From NCBI GenBank assembly GCA_964035545.1, contig OZ037767.1, positions 15,814,998-15,878,997 on the forward strand: a stretch of 64,000 bases of DNA. Direction: 5' to 3'. The position numbers and the translations under genes are program-made. This document shows positions 35,738 through 47,876 of this stretch, piece by piece. How positions within the stretch are numbered: position 1 is the first letter of the stretch; the number at the start of each line of letters is the position of its first letter. The notes below the pieces were generated by a model. That model did not search any database. It saw only the letters and a list, made by a program, of their open reading frames with translations, and was not told the DNA's origin. Source of the DNA: Bugula neritina (taxonomy: Eukaryota; Animalia; Bryozoa).

Positions 35738-36981
35738 AAAATGCCAAAACACGAAAAAACAAACCCGCAAACTTAGTCCACATCAGAAATATTGAAGTTA
35801 AAGAAATAAGTGATGACATCATATCCTTTATCGAACATCCGGCTGATTCTACTAAAATATTAGCGGCTACATCAAAACAACTTGTAGAGATCAATCACCA
35901 TGGAGACTGTATAGCAGTAGCTGGTGTGCAGCTACAAGGTTGTGCCTATCAATCGAATGAATTTTCTTTTTCCTCGATCGGTCACTTTATCTATGCCCAG
36001 TTCACCAAACTGAAAGTCTCTCACAGTCTTTTCAACAAATCAACCATTTTGGTTGCTGATGCAGGTAATCACTGCGTAAAGTTTCTCATTCTAAAAGACT
36101 TATCATCTTTTGAGTTTGACAATTCAATAAATGACTACCATGTTGGTAAGTGTGGATCTTTTAAAAAAGAATCGTTGTTGGAGAGCCTTCAAAGTTTAGT
36201 TGATCCTAAAGAAATGGAGCTGAACAGCCCAAAACATCTTTCTCTGTACCATGACTCTGAGACTATCAGACTGGTTGTTAACTGTGTACTGACTGAAGTA
36301 TACTCTGTTATTGTTAGTATCTATCCAACTCACACTGTAGCATACGAGTACAGTGGACACCCTGGGTATGTTACTGATGTTTCTGAAAATCTCTATTGGC
36401 CATTATTTCGATCAAAAGGATTGAAAAGTCTTTCAACTGATAACAGCACATCAATAAACCAAATCCTTGTCATTAATGGGAGTTACTCAACTACTGCAAA
36501 TTATTATTGTGATTCCAGGAACAGTTCTGCTATTCCCAGACTGTTTCAAAGTTGGCCTCTAGTAATTGCAAATGGTGAATTGAAATCCCTGGTTTATAAT
36601 TCGACAAGCAGTGAAATCAAACTAACTAACATAAATATTGCTAATCTTTCTACAAAAACACCCCCTGAGTTTAACCTGTTCACTACAACAAAGGAATCCA
36701 ATCATATTATTCTCTACAGTCAAAGCCTAAAGAAATTTTATAATGCAAAGGCATTTTCTCGCTATCAGAAAATTCTGGAAATGTCTTGTAGTAAATATGT
36801 TATAGAAAAAGCAATTGTGGGTGGACCTGAAAGTTGTGCTTACATCTGCAGTAAATATGGTAGTCAGTGTGTTGCTTTTTCTGTTAATAATTATGATAAT
36901 TCTTGTTACATTCATGACCACTTTGACTTGGCCGATGCCTACATATCTAATGACTCAGTTTGTTATTTATCTATATCATAA
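35738..36981 (+). CDS. Gene A exon 3: NHL/beta-propeller-like region + C-terminal PAN/Apple-like Cys domain
   Basis: tttttag|AA AAT GCC in phase with exon 2; ILVADAGNHCVK and LNSPKHL NHL-like motifs; ESCAYICSKYGSQCVAFSVN..NSCYIH; paralog of 62668-63917. Confidence 0.85.
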
Positions 36982-37142
36982 TTATAACATATAATTGCAT
37001 AGTTGAACACCACTTTCTGATGACAACATTAATGATGATTTACTCTAACTTATGTTAATTTTTAATAATCATAATTATATTATTTTCATTCACTTAAATA
37101 TTTTATGAAAATGATACACAGTGGTTTTTAAAAATTATATGC

Positions 37143-37144
<2 letters not shown>

Positions 37145-37193
<49 letters not shown>
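37145..37193. repeat. (TA)n microsatellite flanking the PLE
   Basis: TA run. Confidence 0.95.
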
Positions 37194-37196
<3 letters not shown>

Positions 37197-37291
37197 AAAT
37201 GAGTGTTTATAAAACGTTACTAGAGTGCTCTATAGAAATAAATCTAGAGCGTAAACATTAGAAGAAATAAAATGAGATTTGATTAATATAA

Positions 37292-37354
37292 TGGCATTTA
37301 TTACTAGTAGTTTCGTACACAAGAACGATGTGCACTCGTCAGATAAATTAGCCA
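37292..37354 (-). ncRNA. Minimal type I hammerhead ribozyme (mirror copy)
   Basis: Reverse complement of 38423-38485. Confidence 0.8.
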
Positions 37355-37852
37355 CTATGAATGCTTACAACTATAAATAATGTAATATGTAAATGTACAC
37401 AGATTAAAGCTAGAAGATTAAAATATAACAAAAAGCAGCATTGTAATTAATTGGCTATGTTACAGCATTTTTGAGTAGAAATTTACTACTATGTCTGCAT
37501 ATGGATAAAAAGTCATAGCGCTTATTGAGGGAAGACAACTGTGGCTTATAAAGAATGAAAAATTTTTCCCATGAGCATAGCTGACAGATTTTAGTGTTGT
37601 TGTTGTATGGTTGAGTTTTTCTGAGAATTTTCCAGGATATGGTAAAATCCAGACCTTTGTCTTTTAGGGTCCAGATGTGTTTACTCAACTCAGTTTGCAT
37701 GCGCTTGGTTGGGTGTCTGAAAGAAGCAAGGTGGTTGTAGTATCTTGCCTTGAATGCAGTGGAGGAAATTCCTATATATGTTTCAGCAGTATCTTTTGTT
37801 GGGACGGATACTTTGGCCTGGTACACAATGTTTGAGGTGGTGCATTCTCCTG

Positions 37853-38322
37853 TTATTAAATGCAACACTACCCCTATTTCACAGGCAGGCTGTAACTGTA
37901 GAAATGTAAAGACATGCCCGCTCCCAGGAGAATGCACCACCTCAAACATTGTGTACCAGGCCAAAGTATCCGTCCCATCAAAAGATACTGCTGAAACATA
38001 TATAGGAATTTCCTCCACTGCATTCAAGGCAAGATACTACAACCACCTTGCTTCTTTCAGACACCCAACCAAGCGCATGCAAACTGAGTTGAGTAAACAC
38101 ATCTGGACCCTAAAAGACAAAGGTCTGGATTTTACCATATCCTGGAAAATTCTCAGAAAAACTCAACCATACAACAACAACACTAAAATCTGTCAGCTAT
38201 GCTCATGGGAAAAATTTTTCATTCTTTATAAGCCACAGTTGTCTTCCCTCAATAAGCGCTATGACTTTTTATCCATATGCAGACATAGTAGTAAATTTCT
38301 ACTCAAAAATGCTGTAACATAG
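37853..38322 (+). pseudogene. PLE GIY-YIG endonuclease fragment (mirror copy 37455-37852 on the minus strand)
   Basis: See translation of ORF 37750-38322; its N-terminal 35 codons are merely the antisense of the other arm. Confidence 0.85.
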
Positions 38323-38422
38323 CCAATTAATTACAATGCTACTTTTTGTTATATTTTAATCTTCTAGCTTTAATCTGTGTACATTTACATATTACATTAT
38401 TTATAGTTGTAAGCATTCATAG

Positions 38423-38485
38423 TGGCTAATTTATCTGACGAGTGCACATCGTTCTTGTGTACGAAACTACTAGTAATAAATGCCA
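38423..38485 (+). ncRNA. Minimal type I hammerhead ribozyme of the PLE pseudo-LTR
   Basis: Stem I ATTTAT/ATAAAT (extended TGGC/GCCA), core CTGACGA, stem II GTGCACA/TGTGTAC, GAAA, short stem III, GTA cleavage triplet. Confidence 0.82.
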
Positions 38486-38513
38486 TTATATTAATCAAAT
38501 CTCATTTTATTTC

Positions 38514-38622
<109 letters not shown>

Positions 38623-39057
38623 AATTACTATATATACAGAGTCTGTACTATTTATTACAGACGGTAGATTGCTATATTATATTTGTGTATCAACAAATCA
38701 ATAAAATAAAAATCAAAGATATTGTTTATTTGAAGCTTTTTTGGAAATTTATTATAAATATTTGTAGGTTGTGTAATTACTGATTATTTATAGCTATAAA
38801 TAATATTTATAACAGATCGTTTTATTATAATTTTTAGATGACATTGTTTTAAAGAACATAATATGTATTAATTCAATCAAATTTATTTGACTCACAAGAA
38901 AATGCAGCACAATTATTTGTAAATTAAAAACTTCTTATTAAATAAAGATTGAGTAACAATCAAGTCAGTAAATTTTAACTATTGATACTTATATAAGAGA
39001 GTAAGTTAAACAGAAATGTTCATCTTTGCACAGATACTTGCAAGAATATCTATAGTG

Positions 39058-39186
39058 TATATAGAACTTTATAGATATAGAAAAGTTATAGATATAAAAT
39101 AGTTATAGATATAAAATAGTTATATAGATATAGAATAACTATAGATATAGAATAGTTATAGATATAGAATAGTTTTAGATATAGAA
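39058..39186. repeat. Minisatellite, ~18-bp unit (tatagatatagaatagt)
   Basis: Several tandem copies. Confidence 0.8.
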
Positions 39187-41567
39187 ATGCTGCAGTCAAT
39201 AAATTAAGCAGATCTACAAATACATTATTCTATATAAACAATCCTTCACCATTTTATTGATATTAAAACGATCCAACATGCAATCAATATTGCAAATATT
39301 TACTTTTTTTAAATGCATTAATACTAATATTGTTTACATAAGTGCATTTGATGAAAATAATAGTAATAGTTATAGAAGACAATGTAATGTTTTTTACTTG
39401 GTTATGTAATACTTCGTTTATCTGTTTTTTTTTCTACCAAATATATAAAATAATATTTTAATAAACACAAAATCATTCACCGTTTTTACACATTTTGCTT
39501 TTTTATAAATTAAAGTTTTTCCACGCTTTTTAAATCTGCAATCTTCAAGTGTTTTCCTACAAAAAAAGTTTCTAAATTCATCAACTTAATAATAATCACT
39601 GTCTATTCTTTTTAAAATACACGATGTTTATCTTAATTATTTTCAAGAAACTTAAGTAAAAAGTTCGTTATTAAAAATTGAGAAATCATCGCCAAATCCA
39701 AGATACATCAATTTAATATTGCATTTAAGTTCATAAAACAAACATAAGCCATTACAATATTACATCTAAATTTATGAAATATATTATTTTCTGTTTTTGA
39801 TAATAGACTTTTTTGTTTCAATACAAACCATTTTTAACAAAAATGCTTCTGGTTATTTTGAGAATTCGTTAAAGTTTTAAAAGTGGTCAAATTCCTGCAG
39901 CTGCAAGGATTCAGTAAAATCACTCTTATTGCTTATAGCTAATGGGCTTTGAAATTATGTTTGTAAAAAATTAATAATGTGAATATCTATTATAGAAGCT
40001 AGAGTAAGACTTAGTGCCTTGTAATTAAGTATTATTTTACAGGCATCCTCAACACTGACATATAACTCACAACAAAAAAGATATTCTTTCGTGTTTGAAT
40101 ATTGGAGCTAAAAATTATTGATTAATTTTCAATTTATAATAGAAACAAAACATGGAGGTTTACTATATACATTTAAGAACTTTAAGCTACAAAGCAACAC
40201 TAAGTACAACAATTTCAGACCAGCTATAGAGATCAAATCTTGAAGAATAAAATCCAATCTTGTCAAGATACTGAAGTCAGGTATTATGAGAATTAAATAT
40301 ATATACCTACATTTTGCTTTCTATGTTTCACCTTTTACATGCAGTTTAGGTTTTATGATTTATAAATTTTATTTTATATTCCACATTTTACACTCTGTCT
40401 TCTATATTCTGTTTTCCTATTGCATATTTGCTATTTTATGCTCTAAGTTTCACCTTCCAGGTGTGACATTCTACATTTTAAGTTTTACATTTCGTATTCT
40501 AAATACCGTATCATATTAGAGGTAATGTCTTATATATTTTAGTAAGGTGATCATAATATCACAGCTTTGAACTTGAAGTATAAATTTTATAAGAATGTAA
40601 GATGTTATTAAATTAGTTGGGTGATAAAGTTTGAAAATGTACAATATAGCATGAAGTTATTAATTATTCTAGTATTGATGAGCCATGAGTTTATTTTACA
40701 AGTTGTTTTTAAAATGAGGTGATACATTTTTTATAAGCTGTAAAAGTGTTAGGATTGTTAGAATAACAAAAAAATAGTTTTTCTCTGTAAATTATTAAAA
40801 CGAGATCTTGAAATTATTAATTTAAAGTTTTTTAGGAGTTTATTCAAACTTAATATATAGTTTTAGAAAATAGGTTTAATAGTTATCATCATGTTTAACT
40901 TGGAAACCAAAAAAACTTTTATTTAATAATACATTTCAAAATGTTAAGATATTATTCTTTACTAAAATGCCTATACTGTATAAGGTAATAACATTTTGCA
41001 AATTGTCATTAGCAGATGACAAATGAAATACCAATACGTTCTTATTTACAGTATAATGGTTTCATCCCAGCTTGATATAGACGCAATTTTTTATTTTGGT
41101 ACCATATAGTTATATAGTAATATATTATAGCTATAATATATATACCTATATAACTGTTGTATTGATTGCTAAATAGCTAAAATACTAATAGCCATATTAC
41201 AATAGGTAACATTAATTATCTGAAATAATATTCTAATTTTCACAGATTTGTGTGGGACAGAAAATAGTATAATAGACATTAATAATAGACATATTACCTT
41301 TAATTAATGACTATACTCATTAACGAAATATCTGTTCAAACAAGGAGCAAAATATATTCAAAATTGATGTTAATGCAAATCAAAGAAATTAATAATGTGC
41401 TAAATATGTGCTTCATTTAAATATACATATATATTTCAATAATATTAAAATAAATTGCACATAAAATATATATTATACCAAAATAAATAATTAGCGTCTA
41501 ACTGAGAAGCGTCTATCTAGGATAACACCAAAACAAACTGTTTTTATTACTACCAGCTGTCTAGAAG

Positions 41568-41724
41568 ATGCATCAATATCTGATGTGTATAGCACTGGTT
41601 CCTATAGTTTATGGTTCAGTGTACATGGGTTGTTACAAGGACACCTCAACTAGAGCTCTACCATTGAGGTATGATTCTAATGACATGACAGTCGACCTTT
41701 GTATTGGCTACTGCATTTACAGAG
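41568..41724 (+). CDS. Gene B exon 1: signal peptide + first half of WSC domain
   Basis: MHQYLMCIALVPIVYGSVYMGCYKDTSTRALP..MTVDLCIGYCIYR G|gttagt. Confidence 0.88.
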
Positions 41725-41984
41725 GTTAGTATTCCATTCACTTACTAAGTTGATTTTTTACAATATAGTGAAATTGTAACCTATGAAGCAGAGCTAATAA
41801 ATTAGCCATCAATTTAGGAGTAACTCGCAATATCTTGAAACTTCAAAGGAATTGCAATTATCCTGACATATAAGATTGCTACATACTTATACGTAAAATA
41901 ATTGCTGTGCTTGCTTTAAAGTTTAGACATTTTACCTGAGCTACAGGTATTTAAATAGGGCCATGCAGTTGGTATCTATAGCAT

Positions 41985-42115
41985 AGTAAGTCGCAGTGGT
42001 CTAGGGGTCAGAGCGTTTGCCTACAAGTAAACACAAAGTAATGAGTTTGAGCCCCATTATAAGCCAGTAGTGATGTTAGGAAGAGCATCCAGTCATAATT
42101 GCTCCTGTGCCTCAT
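41985..42115 (+). mobile_element. tRNA-derived SINE remnant
   Basis: A-box-like TGGTCTAGGGG, degenerate B box GAGTTTGAGCC, then AGGAAGAGCATCCAGTC resembling a conserved invertebrate SINE core. Confidence 0.5.
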
Positions 42116-42920
42116 ATGAATAAGTCTTAAGCCAGCTTTAACAAAAACCCCTTCTATCAGAGATCTTCTCATAGGTATGGTGACTATAAACTTGTGTGAG
42201 TTGGTATATATTAGCATGTGTGCACATAATAATATATCCAAAAAAACTTGCATGTCGCAATATATATTGAATATCTATATAACTTTGAAATCTATAGCTA
42301 ACTAGTTGTTTGATTGGCTATAAATATCATATTACAGTAAATTATTTAAAGTGAATTGATTATATCAAATTAATATGTTAGCAAGCGTAAAGTCAACTAA
42401 TATTAATAATCGCCTTAGTTGTAAACTGATTCAAAAAATGTAAATAAATCAATAGAGAAAGTTTATGCATATACAAGCAATTAGCTGCTTGTTATATTTG
42501 TTCAGTAAGTGTAAATATTATACATGTTCAGAAACTGCTTGCTTAAATTTAGCTAATTAATAGCAAGTATAAACATTTTGTTATTTATATAAATGCTATG
42601 ATATTAAGTTTATCAGAGGAAAATTCAATTACACAATTATTTGACTAGTCCTAAAAAAGTTTATGAATATTAAACTTAATTAAAGAATGCTCAAATAATA
42701 GTTTTTTAATCAAAGTTTTATTCACATTAACTAGAAAGCCCAGCTCTCTATCACTATATAGCCATGATATATTTGCTAAAATTTTGGGAAAAAGTAATTA
42801 TGTTATAATGGCAAAATTGCTACTTATGTTTTCTAGTACATATATATGCTCATTAAACCATAATTTCTATTCAAATAAAATGTTGACATGAATATTAATC
42901 AACCCTGCTGGTATTTCAAG

Positions 42921-43088
42921 GTCACCCCTACGCTGGTTTGCAGACGGATGACACTTGTTTCTGTGGAAGTGAGTACGACAAGTATGGAGTTGGTGAAGAA
43001 ACGAGCTGCAGAGACCCTTGTAAAGGAAATACTAGTCAGATATGTGGAGGAGGCTGGAGAAACAGTGTCTATAAAATAACTGGGAAAG
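42921..43088 (+). CDS. Gene B exon 2: second half of WSC domain
   Basis: ttcaag| HPYAGLQTDDTCFCGSEYDKYG..CRDPCKGNTSQICGGGWRNSVY..K G|gtac. Confidence 0.88.
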
Positions 43089-43431
43089 GTACATAAAAAA
43101 TCAACTCAAATTGAAATTGAACAATTACATTTCAATGCAAATAAGGAAAATAAAAATATTTTTGATGCTTATTTACTATTATTTTAAAGCCTAAAAATTT
43201 GTATATTTGTACCTAAATTTTAATAAGATTTTAATCGTACACAGAGAGAAATATTAGTGTTAGAGTGAACATTAGCTGACAACTAAAACCTCTCGTTTTT
43301 TGGATCCCTAAATTGACCAGCAGTGAACAGAAATTAGTGTCAGGTACTGTTCACAGTGAATAGTATGTTAGATCAATGTTGATATAAAGAGTTGTGAAGT
43401 TGATTCTTTGTATTTATCACAATGAGCCAAA

Positions 43432-43680
43432 TTATGTTCAATGGTGATCTTATATATTTTCAATGGTGATCTTATTTATGCTCAATAGTGATATTATATA
43501 TGTTTAATAGTGATCTTATTTATGTTCAATAGTGATATTATATATGTTCAATGGTGATCTTATTTATGCTCAATAGTGATATTATATATGTTTAATGATG
43601 ATCTTATTTCTGTTCAATGATGATCTTAGATATGCTCAATGCTGAACTAAGTTATACTCAAAGCTGAACTTATAAATGTT
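43432..43680. repeat. Minisatellite, ~22-bp unit (tatgttcaatggtgatcttata)
   Basis: About ten tandem degenerate copies. Confidence 0.85.
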
Positions 43681-46600
43681 CCATGCTGCTCTAATTTTTG
43701 TTGGAAATAAACTTCTGCAAAAATTATTACTGATCACTCTGAACTAACTTGTCATAACTTCTAACCAGTATGAGAGTATAGTAATGTGGATTTTATTGTA
43801 TATGATAGTTGAATATAAGAAATGCAACAAAAAATAACTTCTAAAGATTAAAATAAGAAAAAAAAACATGAAAATAAGCATTTGAAGAATTTTTCTACGA
43901 CTGTAAATTCAGTTAACTTTTCTCAATATTAGCAGAACCTGCTAAGACCATAGTGTGTGTCATTACATTCTTGCTCTGTAGTGTAGCGATAACCAAGCAG
44001 TTGTGGTGTGTAATGGCTAGCACACCTGTGTGCAAGTTCGAGGTCTGTGATAGTAACCTAAGTACGGGAGGGGGAAGTTTTATAACTAATTCCAGCGGTT
44101 AGTAAAGTGTGGTAGAACTCCGAGAGGAGTTGAGTGGTCAGGGAAGCTTGAAGGAGTAGTATAAAAAAGGCAGCTGAGTTCTTGAAAAGTGGGTAAGGTG
44201 TAGTGTCGAGAGCACCCAGTGGCGCTTGTAATGTAGTGGTGAGTGTGCCTGCTTGCAGGCTGAGGGTCTCAGCATGATTCAAAGTTTTGTAGCGGTCAAA
44301 TTCTTTTTTGTGCTCCTATTCAGCATCTTTGAGTGCATGTTCTTAGAAAATGTTATGGGATCTACAACAAAAGATAAAAGTTGGGTAATATTTAAACTGT
44401 ATTAGTATGAACAGTAAACATTTGGTTACCATATACAATCACAAGCAGCTTATAAATAAAGTTCAACTTTGAAGAAGCTGAAGTCTAAGGCCAAAACTAA
44501 TAGTATCAATGATGTTAGCTATGAATCTTTCAGCATATTTTCAGCACCATCGTACCAATCGTTTGATTATGAATAACCATACAGGCTTTGGCAAACTTAT
44601 GATCATTATGTTGCGTAGTGTTTGGGTTAGTTTGAGCTTATCACAATTTAGTAAAAATTTTGGCTATCATTTTATTTTACTTCTTTCTTAATTACAAATG
44701 CAAGAGCTGTTGGGCATAATTAGTTTAGTTAATAGAAGCTTCTCTGCACTAAAATTATCTCAAAATGTCAGTGAACCACAATTTAAGCTGGAGTCAGCAT
44801 TTTATATGGACCCCTCATATCGAGATAACAAATGTGACCAGTCGCGACAAAACCGGGGATATGGCGGCGTTTATAAAGTGTAGTAAATGAAGGTTTAATT
44901 TGGAAATACTTAGATTTGAAATTAATTTCCAATTTTTAGATTTTAGAATTTTCTAATACAAAAACATCCAAGGATTTTAAAAATCATACTTTCGTAAGCA
45001 TTTGATGATTCCTTCAGCTCTAAAATTGCATTTAAAGGCGGTAAGCTTCCAGGTTATTTATTACATTTGAGCAAAAGTTTGCATGCTTTTCAACTGTTTT
45101 ATCAGCATTTTACCCAATTTCTTATACGAAAACACTACAAAAATGTAAGTAAAAGTGGTCATATTAGGTGTCTTAGACTTGCCCAGACTTGCCCGCGAGC
45201 GTGCCCTCCGTGACGTGGGGATGGCAAAATAGCCCAATTGTAGCGTGAGTTTATATCGCGTAAAGTTATTAAGAAGCGGGTTTGTCACAGATTCTCGTTA
45301 TTCGTAGCTCAAATCACATGAATGTTACTCTTCGGGCGGCTACTAATAACTAACGTTAGCTACGCAACATCAAGAAAGGTAACTAATTTAACTGTTTTCA
45401 AATGGACTATTCCATTTCGCTAGTTTGTAACTTGCTGTAAATCACAAAATAATTATTTTCCCTATTTTAATTTCAATTATCATGTCGACCACACTACCAG
45501 AAAATTACTCTTAAATATGCAGTAAATGATGATTTTCAACCGTTTTGTGATGAATTATAGGTTAGTAGTTGTCTACGTAAAACCAAGTTTTGAAATTTGT
45601 AACTGAATCAGTGAATCACAGTATCAGTATGAGTGTCACTAGTCTAACTCTATTTCTATGACATTGACTCTCACTCTAAGTCTATGACTATCGCCTATTG
45701 GTGAACTATTATTAATAATATTCAATGGTTATATTTATTAATACAGTAATACTATTATTAGTCATAATGATAATCATATGACAGTATCAGTATGTTAATG
45801 TTACGGAGCAGGATCAGTTTCGAAACTAATACTTATACTTATAGTTATAATATTAGTTATAACTATAAGTATAACTATAACTATAAGTTATACCGATAGC
45901 TATATTAATATAAATATTTATATTCATAGTAATACTAATAGCAAATGTAATATTAATATTATTATGTTAATAGTTATACTTGTAAGTTATAATATAAAGC
46001 AAACGACACAAGTATTAATTTCAATTTGAACTGCTGGTCTTGAAATGAAAAGTGAAATAAATATAAATAATAAAATATAAATTATAATAATTTAATTATA
46101 CTAATACTTATACAGAAATATAATTATAATAAATTTATAAAACTTAAACAACTTTTAATTTAAGGAACAACTTTAAATACAAACATAAAGATAATATTAA
46201 ATGATTATAATCATAATGATCATAACAATAAATATAATTATGATTCCAATAATTATCAATATATTATATAATATTTATTGCAAGTGAAAGTTAGTTATTC
46301 TCCGCCAGCTGCATGAATGTGACTGGTAAATTTTGTAACCTTTGGCAGTAATAACTTTGTAGCATAAATTAGACACATTTTTATGAAAATACATAATTTT
46401 AATGCTATAGCTGCTAGTAATTCTAATGGGTGTAATAATATTACTTTCACCAGCATTAATTTTTACTTTGTTCATCTCTTCATAAAGCATTTTCTAAATC
46501 CTTTTTTGAATAAATATACATATAATGTGCTAAATAGATTACATATGTTGGGGTTCTTCCTATACTGCAGCTCAGCCTACACTCCCCCCCCCCCCCCCAC

Positions 46601-47284
46601 AAATGTTCCTAAACTACTAGCTTCATCAGGATACAGATTGATGGAGCTGTATTGATAAAAACTTCTCTTTTTAGCAGTAGAGGCATCATGAAAAAAAAGG
46701 CAAGTATTTTACTAAATATGAATGCGGTTTTTTACTTCTACAAATTTGATAGCCTACACTATTCTATTTAAATGGAAACTGGTCTGACATAATGTGTCTG
46801 CAATTTATTAGTTATAATATAGTAAATACTATGCGGGCCTATAGATCAAATGGCTCAAAAAAAAATTAAATAAAACATTACACAATGCTGTATTTATTAG
46901 CAATGTGATACTTAGCAACTAATTTCACATTATTTTTTGCAAAGTTTCATATATCTACATATGTTTGTTCAATTCAGTGTTCTGAAGTAGAAGGTTCCAA
47001 CAGCAGGGAAAAGCCTTGAACAAGATATTATGTTCTACATCTCCAACTCATTTTAACTTTGCTGGTCAGTGCATTGTGTATCTGGAGCATAGTTTTGTGT
47101 TTTTAAGTAGTCCATCAGATACCTTTGTAGATAGTAAAGATTAAAATGTTTGTGCAATGATGTCCATAATGTTGAACTGATTTATTGAAACTAAAACTGT
47201 TCTTAATTATAACAAAACTTGACAATCTTTACATAAAGAATAATGTCCTATAATCTATCTTCATTGTAAACAAAATTAGAAAGT

Positions 47285-47876
47285 TCCACACCAGCAAATT
47301 GTTAATCATCATCTGTAGGTGGAAGACGCGTGCACTCAGTTATAAAGGCAAGCTGACAGTGGTTTTCTTTGCCTTCTATGAAGATTTGGAAAGAGCCAGA
47401 AAATTAATACTCTATAACTGCAAAACCATGTTGTAGTGTCTTATGTTATTGATTGAATCACCTAAAAGAAAAATTGTTGTATCATTATAATTTTACTGTT
47501 AATGAATTAGATAATCTACTTATCTTGGTAAATATATTCAAGAACAAATACTATAGTGTAACTCAGTTTTGGTTATGTGTATGCTCCTTAAGCGATTTTA
47601 CAGCAGATATCAAACTATATATTAGAGACTGATATAGGAATTACATTTAAGCTAACCATGATGATGTAAATAGCTGTTGTATGTGACTTCGAGAACTCTG
47701 CTGGCCATGTCAGTTCAATTACACCAGGGTGATCTGTTACGAATTTCATGTCATTATTGAAATTCAGCTTTTTCAAGTGCCTCTTCACAACTCTGGCAGC
47801 ATTCTGACTGCTCCTTAGCTTTCTGCACCTGAAATTTCTTCTACTTGCACCATTCTTCTATTGGTGGAATGTTAGC
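47285..47876 (-). pseudogene. Decayed two-exon P2X7 cytoplasmic-ballast / KolX-like Cys-rich domain
   Basis: EEWCK*KK..SECCQSCEE..VTDHPG..RVLEVTYNSYLHHHG and FCSYRVLIFWLFPNLHRRQRKPLSACLY; stops and frameshifts. Confidence 0.6.

Noticed and set aside
37455-38322. Two overlapping 190-aa genes on opposite strands
   Set aside because: Product of the palindrome; both are truncated GIY-YIG fragments lacking RT
43432-43680. CRISPR-like array
   Set aside because: Tandem units without unique spacers; eukaryotic context, no cas genes
43982-44366. GC-richer block with TGTAG..CTACA ends and tRNA-box-like motifs (solo LTR or SINE?)
   Set aside because: No TSD and no second copy in the window; cannot classify
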